A DNA stretch of 64,000 bases from an uncultured Gemmatimonadota bacterium (GCA_964576115.1 CAZNUA010000015.1:1-64000); one strand, 5' to 3'; numbered from the stretch's first letter, positions 28,049 through 39,168 are shown. Made by a program: numbers and translations. Notes: generated by a model not told the origin, from the letters alone.

Positions 28049-30262
28049 ATGACCCGCAACCGAGCAGGAGGGAAAGGAGAAGGACCGATCGTATCCCGTG
28101 CTGCCTCCGTCTGCCTCCTGACGGGCCTTCTGCTCGCGGGATCCTGTGCCGGACGACCGGCCGTGGTCGAGGTTCCGGCCGCCGAACGCCCGCCTATTCC
28201 CGAAGAACGTCTCCTCGACGCCCGCCTGGCCGGATTTCTGGGCAGTCCGCGCGAGCGGGCCCGCCTGTCCCGCAGCGCCGACCCCCCGGCGGCTCTCGAT
28301 GCCTTCTGGTCCAAACGCGATCCCACTCCCGACACGCCCGAAAACGAGGCCCTGGCCGTCTATCGCCAGCGGGGAGCCTGGCTCGAAGCCCGTTTTCCCG
28401 ATACCCCGTTCGGCGAAATGGACATCCGCCGGCAGCTCTTCCTGCGCTACGGCCTGCCCGACATGCAGGGTTACCGGGATCAGCCCTGGGGTGAGTACGA
28501 TCCGCGGCGGCTGAACCTGCTTCAGGTCACCCCGGCCTTCGGCGAACAGGACCGGTTCTTGCGCTATACCACGCCGCGGGTTTTCACCGTGTTCACCGAC
28601 GCGCAGGGGGGAACCCGGTATACGGGCAGCTACCCCCCCCTTAATCCTCCCGATCTTGGCCGGGCCTGGACCGATCTGACCCAGCCGGGCAGCTCGGTAC
28701 GGCGGCGCTGGCGGGCGCTCGACACGATCGCCTGGTACGAACTGCCCGAGGTCATCACCCGGCTGTTGAGCGTGCCGACGGCACAGTTCGCGGGTGTGGA
28801 AGAGAAAAGGTCCGAAACCCTCACCCGCCTCGCCCTGCGCTGTGCCTACACCCTGCCGATGCGGGATGCCCGGCGGCTGGCGGCCCTGCGCGCCGCCGGA
28901 GGCAGCCCCGATTATCTTCTCTTCCGGGCCCGGGCTCCTCGATATACGGCCGTCGAACTCAGAGAGGATCTGGCCCGACTCGAGTTGAGTCAGGCCGGGC
29001 GGTTGCGCCTCGAGAGGTCCCCCGACAGGGGGCCCCACGTCGGGCTCTGGCTCGATGCCGAAAACCTTCTGGACCGGCTGGCATCGCTCTTCCCGTCCGA
29101 GGAATCGGTCACCGGGTGGGACTGGAGGGGAGATCTTATCCTGGCCTACGGGCAGCCCGCCTGGTATTCGACCCCCAAGCGGGTCGCCTACTACACCTGG
29201 GGCTCGCCCGAAGTGCTCGGCGTCGTCGGCTCGACCTTCGGCTTGGTGGAATGCGCCCGGATTCAGGACACCCTGGGGGATTTCATCGGCATGGCGACCG
29301 CCCGGATCGAGAAGAGACGGCGCGAGGGCGACGAGGCCGCCCTGATGCTGGCCGACGGGCTGCGCTCGGGCGACCAGAGCGAGCGGCAGTCGATGCTCGA
29401 GCACCTGCACACCTTGGCCCCGGCGCCGATCTACCAGGTCGGCCTGCCCCCCGAGGCAGACGTGCTTCCCATGACGATGGATGTGGTCGCCTTTCCCGCC
29501 GCTGCGGATTCGATCGAGGTCCAAGCCTCCTTCGGCACGCCGTCGGAGGCAGTGATCATCTCCTCGGAGCGGCGGGAGTACGTTACCGACCTGAGGACCA
29601 GCTTCGTGCTGCTCAACGCCCGGATGCAGGTCGTCCACGCCGAGGTGCGCCGCCGCGGCTACGTCGTAGAGGGAGTGCCCGACCGCGCTGATAAGTTTGT
29701 CCTCGACACCTACCGTTTCGGCGCCGTACCCGGTTTTTACATCGCCTATCTCTCGGCCGAGGATCCCGGCACGGGCCGTACCGGCGGCCTGCTGCAGAGC
29801 CTGGATTTCGAGTGGCAGAACACTCCGGGGGTGCAGGTCTCGCCGATCATGATCGCGACCGACATCAGCCCGGCCCGCGGAACGGGCAAGTTCATCCGTC
29901 ACGACCTGCGTATCCTGCCCAGCCCCTCGCGGCACCTCTTCTACGGCACCGATCTCCATTTCTATTACGAGATCGGTAACCTCACCCGTTCCGAATTCGG
30001 CGACTATGCCTGGAACGAGTCGTATTACGTCATTCCCACCGACCCTGATGCGGGTATCATCCGGGTCACCCAGCAGCAGGATTTCACCCGGTTGACACCG
30101 GGAGCGGTCCGGCAGATGGCGATCGACCTGACCCGTCACGAGGGCTCGTATGCCGGGGCTCTCTTCCTGGTGGCGGTCGTCACCGATCTGGTTTCGGAGC
30201 AGCAGGGGGTCGGGGTGACCCGCTTCGAACTCCACAGCCGCCGGAGCGACCCGCCGCGATGA
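28049..30262 (+). CDS. GWxTD-like domain lipoprotein (two degenerate repeats)
   Basis: FWSKRDPTPDTPENE...RYGLPD; second TGWDWRG..AYGQP; LAGSC lipobox; beta-rich C-terminus. Confidence 0.7.
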   Translation: MTRNRAGGKGEGPIVSRAASVCLLTGLLLAGSCAGRPAVVEVPAAERPPIPEERLLDARLAGFLGSPRERARLSRSADPPAALDAFWSKRDPTPDTPENEALAVYRQRGAWLEARFPDTPFGEMDIRRQLFLRYGLPDMQGYRDQPWGEYDPRRLNLLQVTPAFGEQDRFLRYTTPRVFTVFTDAQGGTRYTGSYPPLNPPDLGRAWTDLTQPGSSVRRRWRALDTIAWYELPEVITRLLSVPTAQFAGVEEKRSETLTRLALRCAYTLPMRDARRLAALRAAGGSPDYLLFRARAPRYTAVELREDLARLELSQAGRLRLERSPDRGPHVGLWLDAENLLDRLASLFPSEESVTGWDWRGDLILAYGQPAWYSTPKRVAYYTWGSPEVLGVVGSTFGLVECARIQDTLGDFIGMATARIEKRRREGDEAALMLADGLRSGDQSERQSMLEHLHTLAPAPIYQVGLPPEADVLPMTMDVVAFPAAADSIEVQASFGTPSEAVIISSERREYVTDLRTSFVLLNARMQVVHAEVRRRGYVVEGVPDRADKFVLDTYRFGAVPGFYIAYLSAEDPGTGRTGGLLQSLDFEWQNTPGVQVSPIMIATDISPARGTGKFIRHDLRILPSPSRHLFYGTDLHFYYEIGNLTRSEFGDYAWNESYYVIPTDPDAGIIRVTQQQDFTRLTPGAVRQMAIDLTRHEGSYAGALFLVAVVTDLVSEQQGVGVTRFELHSRRSDPPR

Positions 30263-32010
30263 CGCACACGAACCGCCGCGTCCCGTCGCCAATCATCGAT
30301 CCCCGACCTGCCCTTTTCATCCCTTCCCTCCTCTTCATGGCTTTCATCCCCTTCATGTTCCTGCTCGTCGGTATCGCCGCCTGCACCGGCCCACGGAACG
30401 ACCCACCGGTCCGCCAGCTTGCCCTCGAGGGCCTGCCGGAACGGATCACCGCCCTGGCGGCCGGGGATATCGACGGTGACGGTCGGCCCGAACTCGTGAG
30501 CGGCAACGGGCGCTGGTACCGGACCGAACAGCGGACCGTCGCGTACGATCCGGGCCGCCTGATGATCCACGATCTGACCCGGCGCGGATTCGTCGAGATC
30601 TGGAGCGATTCAGTGCCCGCCCCGCTGAGTCTGGCCGCGATCGGAGACCTGACCGGTGACGGCCGGGTTGAAGCGGTCGCCGCCCTCGGCTGGGGAACCT
30701 ATGTCGATTCGGCGGCGGTCCACCTGCGCATCATCCATCCGGCCGAAGGCTACCGGGTCGAGGAACCGCTCACGGCACCCACTCCCCGCAGCCAGGTGAC
30801 CGACCTGCAGCTCGTCGATCTGGACTCCGACGGCCGGCTCGACGTGCAGGTGAGCTGGTTTGCGAGCAAGTATTTCGTCGCCACGGCCCAGCTCTTCTAC
30901 CGGGACGGGGAGTGGGAGATTCGCCGCCTGCCCGAGGTGCGCATGGCCATGGGCCGGCATGTCTACCGGGAGACCCCGGGGGCCGAACCGCTGCAGATCG
31001 TGGGCCGGATCTACGGGGACGAGATCGGGGACCCGGGCGATCTCTTCATCGCCGCCGACGATGGACGCCGGATGCTCCCCAGCTGGCAGGGAGTGAACGA
31101 ACTGACCGCCGGAGACGCGGACGGAGACGGACGGGCCGAGCTGGTGCTCTCGGACGGCTGGCACATGAACTACGGCCGCCTGGCCAGAGCCCGCCTGGCC
31201 CTGCTCCGGCCCGGTCCCGACGGCTGGGAATACGAACTGATAGAAGACGTGGTGGGCCAGAACCGGCTGGGTCCGATCGCAGTAGCCGATCTGACCGGTG
31301 ACCGGCACCCCGAGATCATTGCCGCCGGCAATCTCGTCTTCCGGCTCTGGAGCCGGACCCGGCCGGAGGGTATCTGGCAGGCCTATACTCCGCCCGGTAT
31401 CGACGCTGGGATTTTTACCACCGCCGATCTGGCCGGGGATCATCGCCACGAGCTGATTACGGCCGGTTCACCCCCGGCTGTCTATGCCTTCGCCCACAAC
31501 CTGCCGCTGACCGCCGAACTGGGCTCAGAGGTCATCCCGCCCGATCGCGCCCCGGAAGACTTGATCAACGTGTCCGCTCCCGAGCTCGAGATCGAAGCCT
31601 GGCTCAACACCCCCGCTCTCTCCCTGGCCGATCTGCGCGGCAAGGTCGTCGTGCTCGATTTCTGGGCCACCTGGTGCCGACCGTGCGCCCGGGCCTACCC
31701 GGTGCTGTCCGAATGGCAGCGGACCCTGGGCGAGCGCGGTCTGGTGGTGATCGGAATCACCCGCTTCGATGCTCAGCAACGGGAACTTGAGGTCATCAGC
31801 GAGTTTGCAGAGGAGAATGGCCTCGATTACCCGCTCGCCGTCGGGCACGGGAATCTGACCCACATCCCCTACGCGGTCGGGGCCATTCCGCACCTGGTAG
31901 TGATCGACGGTGCGGGGATCGTGCGCCATGTGAAGATCGGTTCCGCGGAACCGCGCGAAGCCGAAGAGGTGATCCTGCGCCTGCTCGACCTACTCGAACC
32001 GCAGGGCTGA
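30259..32010 (+). CDS. FG-GAP/VCBS-repeat lipoprotein fused to a TlpA-like redoxin
   Basis: Several DxD/TGDGRxE repeats; GKVVVLDFWATWCRPC; IAAC lipobox. Confidence 0.85.
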   Translation: MTHTNRRVPSPIIDPRPALFIPSLLFMAFIPFMFLLVGIAACTGPRNDPPVRQLALEGLPERITALAAGDIDGDGRPELVSGNGRWYRTEQRTVAYDPGRLMIHDLTRRGFVEIWSDSVPAPLSLAAIGDLTGDGRVEAVAALGWGTYVDSAAVHLRIIHPAEGYRVEEPLTAPTPRSQVTDLQLVDLDSDGRLDVQVSWFASKYFVATAQLFYRDGEWEIRRLPEVRMAMGRHVYRETPGAEPLQIVGRIYGDEIGDPGDLFIAADDGRRMLPSWQGVNELTAGDADGDGRAELVLSDGWHMNYGRLARARLALLRPGPDGWEYELIEDVVGQNRLGPIAVADLTGDRHPEIIAAGNLVFRLWSRTRPEGIWQAYTPPGIDAGIFTTADLAGDHRHELITAGSPPAVYAFAHNLPLTAELGSEVIPPDRAPEDLINVSAPELEIEAWLNTPALSLADLRGKVVVLDFWATWCRPCARAYPVLSEWQRTLGERGLVVIGITRFDAQQRELEVISEFAEENGLDYPLAVGHGNLTHIPYAVGAIPHLVVIDGAGIVRHVKIGSAEPREAEEVILRLLDLLEPQG

Positions 32011-34404
32011 AGTCGGATCCTGCCGGGCGGCGCGCAGCGCCGGCTGCAGACTGGCAGCGAGGCCGACACCGGACATGAGCAGGACCACTGCGATCAGAGG
32101 CAGGGGTTCGAGGGCCACGACGCCGGTGAAGAGGCTGGTCATGACGAGGCCGGCTCCGATGGAAAGTACCACCCCGATGATCATACCCACCACCACCAGA
32201 AGCATCCCCTGCCGCACGACCAGGCTCACCACCCGCCCGGGACGGGCTCCGACCGCCAGGCGGATACCGATCTCGCGGGTGCGCTCGCCGGTGGCGTAGA
32301 GCATTACCCCGTATACCCCGAGCATCGCCAGCAGCAGAGCAATGAAGGAGAAGGCTCCAAGCAGCATCATGAAGATGCGCATCCCCCACATCCATTCCTC
32401 GAGGACCTGCGGCATCGTGCGCAGCTCGTGGATCGGCAGGGCGGGATCGATTGTCCTGATGGCGCTGCGTACCCCGGCGGCCACCGTGAGCGGATCGGCC
32501 GCCGAGCGGGCCACGATCCACATGTTCTCGTGATCGAACAGAGCGTAGGGCAGGTAGAAGCCGGGTTGGATCTCGTTGTCGAGTCCGTGGTGCCGCACAC
32601 CGGAGACCACGCCGACGATGTCGTACCAGGGCGCGTCCTCGTCCTCGGGCCGCCCGAGTTTGAGCCGGCCGCCCAGGGCATTGCCCTCGGGGTACCAGCG
32701 GTGAGCCAGTTCTTCGTTCACGACAACCACCGGAGTCCCCTGCCGCAGTTCGTCGGCGGTGAAATAGCGGCCGGCCAGCAGGGGGATGCGCATGGTCTCC
32801 AGATACGGTCCGTGGACCATGCGGAAATTGCCCACGGGCAGCGGTTCGTCGGCTGGGAACTCGGGACCTTCGACCGAGTAGGAATTGCCCCAGTTGCTGC
32901 CGGACATCGGCAGGGTCAGCACCGCCGCCGCCGATTCCACGCCGGGCAGGGCCTCGAGTTCAGAGAGGGTCCGGGTGAAAAACTCCCGCCGCTGAGCCGG
33001 TTCGGGGTAGCCGGGCCCGGGCAGACTCAAGTGCATGGTGAGAATCCCTTCGGGCTCAAAACCGGGATCGACCTGCTGCATCTCATACCAGGACTGGATG
33101 AAGAGCCCGGCGCTGGCCAGGAGCACGAGCGAAAGAGCCGTTTCGCCCACCACGAGCGTGTTGCGCAGCAGGTGGCGGCGGCCTCCACCCGAGCGCGCCC
33201 CGCCCGATTTCAGGGCCCGGACAATATCGGTGCGCCGGGCCTGGACCACCGGCGCCAGACCGAAGGTGATCCCGGTCAGCACAGTGATCCCGAACAGGAA
33301 GAGGATCACCCGCCAGTCGATCGAAAAATCGAGATAGAAGGGAATCTCGACCGGGACCAGCCCCATGGTCAGGACGATCCCGGCCTGTCCCAGACCGAGG
33401 CCGATCAGGCCCCCGGCGAGAGCCAGCAGCAGGCTCTCGGTCAGCAGCTGACGCATCATCCGTCCGCGGCCCGCTCCCAGGGTGCCGCGGATGGCGATCT
33501 CGCGGGTGCGCCCCAGGCTGCGGGCCAGGAGCATGTTGGCCACGTTGGCGCAGGCGATCAGGAGTACCAGGGCTACCGCCCCCATCAGGTAGAGGAACTG
33601 ATCCCGGACGTCGGAGGTCACGAACTCGAGCAGGGGCACGATCCGGACATCGTTGTCCTCGACCTGGTCGGGATACAGCTCTTCGAGGTTCCGCACGACC
33701 CGGCGCAGGTCGGCCAGGGCCTGTTCGGCTCCCACCCCGTCCTTCATCCGGCCGACGGCCTGCAGCGAATGCTGACCACGCCGCTCCAGACCATTATAGC
33801 GGCTCATCGGAACCCACAGTTCGGTGAACTCGGGATAACGCATCCCGGCCGGCATGATCCCGATAACGGTATGAGGGATGCCGTGCAGGGTGACGGTCGC
33901 GCCGACGATGTCGGGATCGGCCCCGAAGTGCCCCTGCCAGAGGGCGTGGCTGAGGATGGTCACATCGGGGGCGCCGGGGATATCGTCTTCAGGGGTAAAA
34001 TTCCGACCCGCGGCCGGCTCGTAACCCAGTACCCGGAACAGATCGGCCGACGTGCGCAGGGCCTGAACCCGCTTGGGTTCCTCACCCCCGGCCAGGCTCA
34101 GACTGGTGCCCTGATAGGCGGCCAGATACTCGAAGGCGGTGTTCTGTTCCTGCCAGTCGTGAAAATTGGGCCAGGCGACTCCCAACCAGGTGAAGCCGCG
34201 TTTGGGAGCCGTTTCCATGACCCAGACGATCTCGTCGATATCCTCGTAAGGAAGCGGCCGGATCAGGGCGGCGTTGACGAAAGTGAACATGGTGATCGTC
34301 ACCCCGATCCCGAGACCCAGGCAGAGGATCGCGGCCACGGTGATGCCGGGTCTTTTGCCGAGCATGCGCAGGCCGTACCGGATGTCGTTCAGCAAACCGC
34401 CCAT
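31990..34404 (-). CDS. ADOP-type duplicated ABC permease
   Basis: DIRYGLRML, LLIACANVANMLLAR, RTREIGIRLAVGA. Alternative start 34425. Confidence 0.93.
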   Translation of the reverse strand: MGGLLNDIRYGLRMLGKRPGITVAAILCLGLGIGVTITMFTFVNAALIRPLPYEDIDEIVWVMETAPKRGFTWLGVAWPNFHDWQEQNTAFEYLAAYQGTSLSLAGGEEPKRVQALRTSADLFRVLGYEPAAGRNFTPEDDIPGAPDVTILSHALWQGHFGADPDIVGATVTLHGIPHTVIGIMPAGMRYPEFTELWVPMSRYNGLERRGQHSLQAVGRMKDGVGAEQALADLRRVVRNLEELYPDQVEDNDVRIVPLLEFVTSDVRDQFLYLMGAVALVLLIACANVANMLLARSLGRTREIAIRGTLGAGRGRMMRQLLTESLLLALAGGLIGLGLGQAGIVLTMGLVPVEIPFYLDFSIDWRVILFLFGITVLTGITFGLAPVVQARRTDIVRALKSGGARSGGGRRHLLRNTLVVGETALSLVLLASAGLFIQSWYEMQQVDPGFEPEGILTMHLSLPGPGYPEPAQRREFFTRTLSELEALPGVESAAAVLTLPMSGSNWGNSYSVEGPEFPADEPLPVGNFRMVHGPYLETMRIPLLAGRYFTADELRQGTPVVVVNEELAHRWYPEGNALGGRLKLGRPEDEDAPWYDIVGVVSGVRHHGLDNEIQPGFYLPYALFDHENMWIVARSAADPLTVAAGVRSAIRTIDPALPIHELRTMPQVLEEWMWGMRIFMMLLGAFSFIALLLAMLGVYGVMLYATGERTREIGIRLAVGARPGRVVSLVVRQGMLLVVVGMIIGVVLSIGAGLVMTSLFTGVVALEPLPLIAVVLLMSGVGLAASLQPALRAARQDPTSALRFE

Positions 34405-34584
34405 CGTTGATCTGTCCTCTTCCATTCTGTTTCGCGACTCAGGAGCAGCTCTGCCACCCCTATTACTCTTACGTATGTACCGCTGGACGGGTTACGGTCA
34501 CCTTTCGCCCGATCAGCCTCTGCCCTAGAATGATACCAGGTATGATTCCTTCTTTGACCAACCGATTAACGATCGGATTGCAAC

Positions 34585-36264
34585 ATGACTGACAATGCTC
34601 TGAATCCGTTCCGGCGTCTGCTCCTGACGGCCGGAGTACCCACTCTGTGTATTCTGCTCGCAGCCTCCAGCTGCCTGGCCCAGACCGATCCCTACCCGCG
34701 CGATCCCGATCTGGACGTGCAGCACTATCGGTTCGAGCTGACTCTGAGCGATGACACCGACGTCGTGCAGGGCCGGGCTGCGGTGCGGGTCCGCTTCCGG
34801 CAGGCCGGGAAGACATCCTTCACTCTCGACCTGGTGGGCCGTGACCCGGCCGGCGGCCCCGAGGCCACCGGCATGACCGTCAGTGCAGTCGGGGGACCGT
34901 CAGGGCCGGTCGGTTTCACGCATGCACGGAACCGGCTGAGAGTCGAACTCGCCACGCCCGCTTCGGTCGATGAGGAGCGTACCTTCACGATCGCCTACGC
35001 GGGAGTACCCGCCGACGGGCTCATCATCGCCCGCAACCGTTACGGCGAGCGCACCTTCTTCGGCGACAACTGGCCCGACCGGGCCCGCCACTGGCTCCCC
35101 AGCGTCGACCATCCTTCGGACAAGGCCACCTGCGAATTCATCGTCACCGCCCCGGCCCACTACCGGGTGGTGGGCTCGGGCGCCCTGGTCGAAGAGAGCG
35201 ATCTGGAAGGCGACCGGCGCCGAACCCACTGGCGTACCGCCGCCCCCCTGGCCACCAAGCTGATGGTCATCGGCGCGGCCGATTTCGCGGTCGTCGACCT
35301 GGGAGAATTCAACGGTATCCCCCAGCAGTCGTGGACCTATAAAGAGGACCGCGAGGCGGGAGTCAAATCGTTCGCCGTCTCGACCCGGGTCCTCGAGTTC
35401 TTTTCGGACCGGTTTGGTCCCTTCGCCTACGCCAAGATGGCTCACGTGCAGTCGAAGACCCGCTACGGGGGCATGGAAAACGCCTCGAACATCTTCTACA
35501 CCGAGGGTCGGGCCGGTCGCCCGGCGGGCTGGAGCGAGAGCCTGGTAGCGCACGAGATGGCCCACCAGTGGTTCGGGGATGCCGTGAGCGAGGCCGACTG
35601 GCATCACATCTGGCTCAGCGAGGGATTTGCCACCTACTTCACGACCGTCTATATGGAACACGTCTACGGGCACGACCGGCTCACCGAGCGGATGGCCGGC
35701 GATCGCAACCGGGTCGTGCGGTACTGGCACCGCCAGCCGGCCAGTCCGGTGCTCGACACCACCATCGTGAACCTGAACCGGCTGCTGAGCACCAACTCCT
35801 ACCAGAAGGGCTCCTGGATCCTGCACATGCTCCGGTTTCAGCTGGGCGAGGAGGTCTGGTGGGAGGGTATCCGGACCTACTACGAGCGCTTCATGAACGG
35901 CAACGCTCTCTCTTCAGATTTCCGGACCGTCATGGAAGAAGTTTCGGGGCAGAACCTGGGCCCGTTTTTCAACCAGTGGCTCCGTCTGCCCGGCCACCCG
36001 GTGCTGCAGTGGTCGTGGACCTGGAACGAGGATTCGGGCACCCTGAGCCTCTCGATCCGGCAGGTACAGGAGAGCGGTCATCTCTTTTCTTTTCCACTCG
36101 AGGTGGGCCTGGGGACCGATCCTTCACAGCCGCTCGAGATCGCGGAGGTCGAGGTGAACGCCGCGGCCGAGGTCTTCGTCTTCGAACTGGATGCCGCTCC
36201 GTACTATGTCTCGCTCGACCCGAATGTCCGGCTCCTGATGGAAGCCGAGTTTCTCAGAAACTGA
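34585..36264 (+). CDS. M1-family aminopeptidase, secreted
   Basis: GGMEN, HEMAHQWFG..WLSEGFATY, YQKG. Confidence 0.93.
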   Translation: MTDNALNPFRRLLLTAGVPTLCILLAASSCLAQTDPYPRDPDLDVQHYRFELTLSDDTDVVQGRAAVRVRFRQAGKTSFTLDLVGRDPAGGPEATGMTVSAVGGPSGPVGFTHARNRLRVELATPASVDEERTFTIAYAGVPADGLIIARNRYGERTFFGDNWPDRARHWLPSVDHPSDKATCEFIVTAPAHYRVVGSGALVEESDLEGDRRRTHWRTAAPLATKLMVIGAADFAVVDLGEFNGIPQQSWTYKEDREAGVKSFAVSTRVLEFFSDRFGPFAYAKMAHVQSKTRYGGMENASNIFYTEGRAGRPAGWSESLVAHEMAHQWFGDAVSEADWHHIWLSEGFATYFTTVYMEHVYGHDRLTERMAGDRNRVVRYWHRQPASPVLDTTIVNLNRLLSTNSYQKGSWILHMLRFQLGEEVWWEGIRTYYERFMNGNALSSDFRTVMEEVSGQNLGPFFNQWLRLPGHPVLQWSWTWNEDSGTLSLSIRQVQESGHLFSFPLEVGLGTDPSQPLEIAEVEVNAAAEVFVFELDAAPYYVSLDPNVRLLMEAEFLRN

Positions 36265-36297
36265 GTGTATTCACAATCCGCTGGAGGCGCGGAATCG

Positions 36298-36909
36298 ATG
36301 TCGTTCCGCCCCACGCACACGCGGCCGGGTGCTCTGAGACTGCTGCTGTATCTTCTCTGCGTCTGTCTGCCGCTCGAGGCCCATGCCCAGACCCCGGTCC
36401 CCTTCTCCGATCTGACCCTGCGTCTCGGCGGGGTCTTCCCCGGCGGGGGGATAACCCTGCCGGGCGGATGGGATGAACAGACGGGGATCGAAGCAAGCGG
36501 GAGTACTCCTTTTTACCTGGGTACGATCGAAGCCTCGCTCCGCCTGACGACCTGGGAACGTCTCGATCCCGACCTGCCCGACTTCGCGTCCCGTTCTCTC
36601 GCTCTGGGATGGCACCTGTCCCTGCTCAGTTTTACCGCCCGCACCGGGGTCAGCGTCGGCTGGCGGGTCGGTCTGGTGCAGATGGATTTCGACGATCCCG
36701 GCACCACCTGGCACGATCGGGTCGATCACGAGCTGGAAACCGGTCCGGTCCTCGGTTTCACGGTCGGTCTGGGAAACGAGTGGGAGTTTCGGCTCCTGGC
36801 CGGACGGACCGTTCTGTGGCTGAGCGAACCAATCGACCGGACCTGGTGCTCGCTGGCGCTGGGGCGGCGCCTGAGAATGCCGCCCTGGCTGCGGGAGTTC
36901 CTGCAGTGA
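36298..36909 (+). CDS. Hypothetical secreted protein, probable small outer-membrane beta-barrel
   Basis: Signal peptide (AHA-Q) and alternating hydrophobic strands; stop overlaps the next start. Confidence 0.55.
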   Translation: MSFRPTHTRPGALRLLLYLLCVCLPLEAHAQTPVPFSDLTLRLGGVFPGGGITLPGGWDEQTGIEASGSTPFYLGTIEASLRLTTWERLDPDLPDFASRSLALGWHLSLLSFTARTGVSVGWRVGLVQMDFDDPGTTWHDRVDHELETGPVLGFTVGLGNEWEFRLLAGRTVLWLSEPIDRTWCSLALGRRLRMPPWLREFLQ

Positions 36910-38990
36910 TCCTCATCCGACGGCACCTACGGCCGAGACCGTCTCTCAGGCAGCTTCACCTCCCGCAATCCCGAGTACCCCTCGCGGTCCTGCCGACGTT
37001 CCTGGTGGTGCACGTGACAGTGATCCTGCTCGCGGGATCCGCCGCCGCCCAGTCGACTTCCCTTGTACCTCCCCCCGATCCCCTGCGCCGGGTCATCACC
37101 CGGTCGGTGATCGAGCGGACCGGGATCACCCGCCCGGGCGAGATCTTCGATCTGCTCCCGGAGTGGGATTCGTGGTCGACCGACGGTCTGCACGACCGCC
37201 ACCGGGTCTCGAGCCTGGCCCCGCTGCGGACCGACACCTTTCTGCTCTTCATCGACGGGATGAGGATCGACCACGACCTGCTCGAGACCCGCAGCCTGAA
37301 CCTGCTGCCCCTCACCGTGGCCGAGATCGACAGCGTCGAGTTCATCGCCTATCCCGCCCTGGTGGCCGGCACCTTCGCTGCCCGGGGAGCGGTACACATC
37401 CACACCCGTCGTCCCGGCCGGGGGCCCGAAATGACCGCGGCTCTCTTCGCCGAGAACGAGACCGGCGATACCGGCCCCTGGCGCTACCTCGAGGGCCGCC
37501 GGCAGGATGTCGAACACATCGGTCCCGAGGGCGAAATCGTGCTCGGCTGGGGGGGCGAGCGCGCCTGGTTGCGCCTGGCGGGTCTGAACCGCAACCATCC
37601 GGTCACCGACGAGAACATCTATTCCCGAACCGTCGCCCTGGCCCGGGAACTGCCCGTCGTCACGACCCGGGCAGCCAACCTGCGTGCCCATGTCGAGATC
37701 GGCCCGAGCCGGCACGATGTCTCGGCCTCGACCCAGTGGGGGCACGATTTTCTCTTTCACCGGGGGCCGGGGCAAGAGATCGCTGCCGACACCCGCCTGA
37801 GGCAGATCGGCGCCGCCGGCACCATTCCCCTGACCGGTTCGTTCGGCCTGCGCTACCGCCTGGGCCGTTCGGCCGGAACGATCGGCAGCTGGGCGCCGCT
37901 CGGCGGACCAAACCGGGAACTGGAACTCGACCGGCGTTATCTGAATATCGAGTTCGGAAACGTCATCCCAGCTGGCGGGCTCTGTTTCGGGCTGACACGG
38001 GAAACAAGTACGATCGGGCGGGGTCGTGACGTTCAGAACGACGACCACACCGAATCGACGCTCTACATATCAGCCCACCGGCTTGGCTCTTCCCGCTGGT
38101 CGACCGACCTCGATGTGGCCGCCGTTCTCAGAGGACGCGAGACACGTCTATCGACGAACCTGCAGACCTGCCTGCAGGTGATCCCCAATATCTGGATCCG
38201 GTTCGCGGCGGCTCAGACACCGGTGTCCTTTTTCAGCGACCACGGCTACCGCTACTGGACGTCCAACCTCGAGTTCGATCTCCTGCCCGTGTCGCTTCCG
38301 GGATTCACCTATTACGCTGGGATCACGGACGGATGCGATCATGATGCTCTTCAAAGCCGCCTGGCCGCGATCGATCTTGCCCTGCAGGCGAATCCGACCG
38401 CCGGGATGACAATCAGCGGCGGTTTCTTCCATCGTCAGTTCACCGATCTTCGTCTCGAAAGGTATATGTCAACCGATACGACCACGAAATTCGGCTGGGC
38501 GGGATGCCTCCCGGAAGCAGGCTGGGATGGCCGGCTTTCGGGAGCGCGTGGTGATCTCGCCCTGGACCTGAACGGGCGGGTATCCCTCAGCCTGGCCGGT
38601 GAGTACCGATTGCGAAGGCGGGGATTCACAGCCCGGATGCGTGCCATCCCCCGCCTGATCGTCACCGGACGGATCGAATATGTCATGCATCCCACCATGA
38701 CGCTGGCCCTGACCGGCCGCTACGCCTCACGGAGCGCCTGGACCGAGTATCCGCCTCAGCCCTACGACGATCCGTATCAGTACAGCGGTATGCTCATTAC
38801 CCTGCCCGGCATGAACGATCATCCCGTTCTCACCCTGACCGCCGCCAAGTGGTTCTGGGACCGGCGCCTGCGGTTGGTGCTCGTCGGTCGCAACCTTCTC
38901 AACCGGACCTATCGGACCCATCCGGCCGGGGCGGGCTTCGACCTGAGCCTGGCCGCCCGCCTGGAACTGTATCTGGGCCGGGACCGCTGA
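36906..38990 (+). CDS. TonB-dependent receptor-like outer-membrane protein
   Basis: Plug motifs VITRSVIERTG, LFIDG, EIDSVE, GAVHIHT; C-terminal GRNLLNRTY. GTG start inferred. Confidence 0.8.
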   Translation: MILIRRHLRPRPSLRQLHLPQSRVPLAVLPTFLVVHVTVILLAGSAAAQSTSLVPPPDPLRRVITRSVIERTGITRPGEIFDLLPEWDSWSTDGLHDRHRVSSLAPLRTDTFLLFIDGMRIDHDLLETRSLNLLPLTVAEIDSVEFIAYPALVAGTFAARGAVHIHTRRPGRGPEMTAALFAENETGDTGPWRYLEGRRQDVEHIGPEGEIVLGWGGERAWLRLAGLNRNHPVTDENIYSRTVALARELPVVTTRAANLRAHVEIGPSRHDVSASTQWGHDFLFHRGPGQEIAADTRLRQIGAAGTIPLTGSFGLRYRLGRSAGTIGSWAPLGGPNRELELDRRYLNIEFGNVIPAGGLCFGLTRETSTIGRGRDVQNDDHTESTLYISAHRLGSSRWSTDLDVAAVLRGRETRLSTNLQTCLQVIPNIWIRFAAAQTPVSFFSDHGYRYWTSNLEFDLLPVSLPGFTYYAGITDGCDHDALQSRLAAIDLALQANPTAGMTISGGFFHRQFTDLRLERYMSTDTTTKFGWAGCLPEAGWDGRLSGARGDLALDLNGRVSLSLAGEYRLRRRGFTARMRAIPRLIVTGRIEYVMHPTMTLALTGRYASRSAWTEYPPQPYDDPYQYSGMLITLPGMNDHPVLTLTAAKWFWDRRLRLVLVGRNLLNRTYRTHPAGAGFDLSLAARLELYLGRDR

Positions 38991-39168
38991 TCCCGGTCAG
39001 CCGCGCACATAGAGTACACGGTTCCGCAATGACGGTTACGTATCGATAGAGCCGAGATACCCGGGGCCGCTTCCACCTCTTCGTTCTTGCGCCGGCCGGG
39101 GTAATTCCTGTTCACTTTCCCCTGATCGCGATTCACACCGGGTCACCCCGATTCCGAGGTCTGCCCTG

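Noticed and set aside
31990-32010. Convergent 3' overlap (also at 58715-58729)
   Set aside because: Short tail-to-tail overlaps are common in compact GC-rich genomes.
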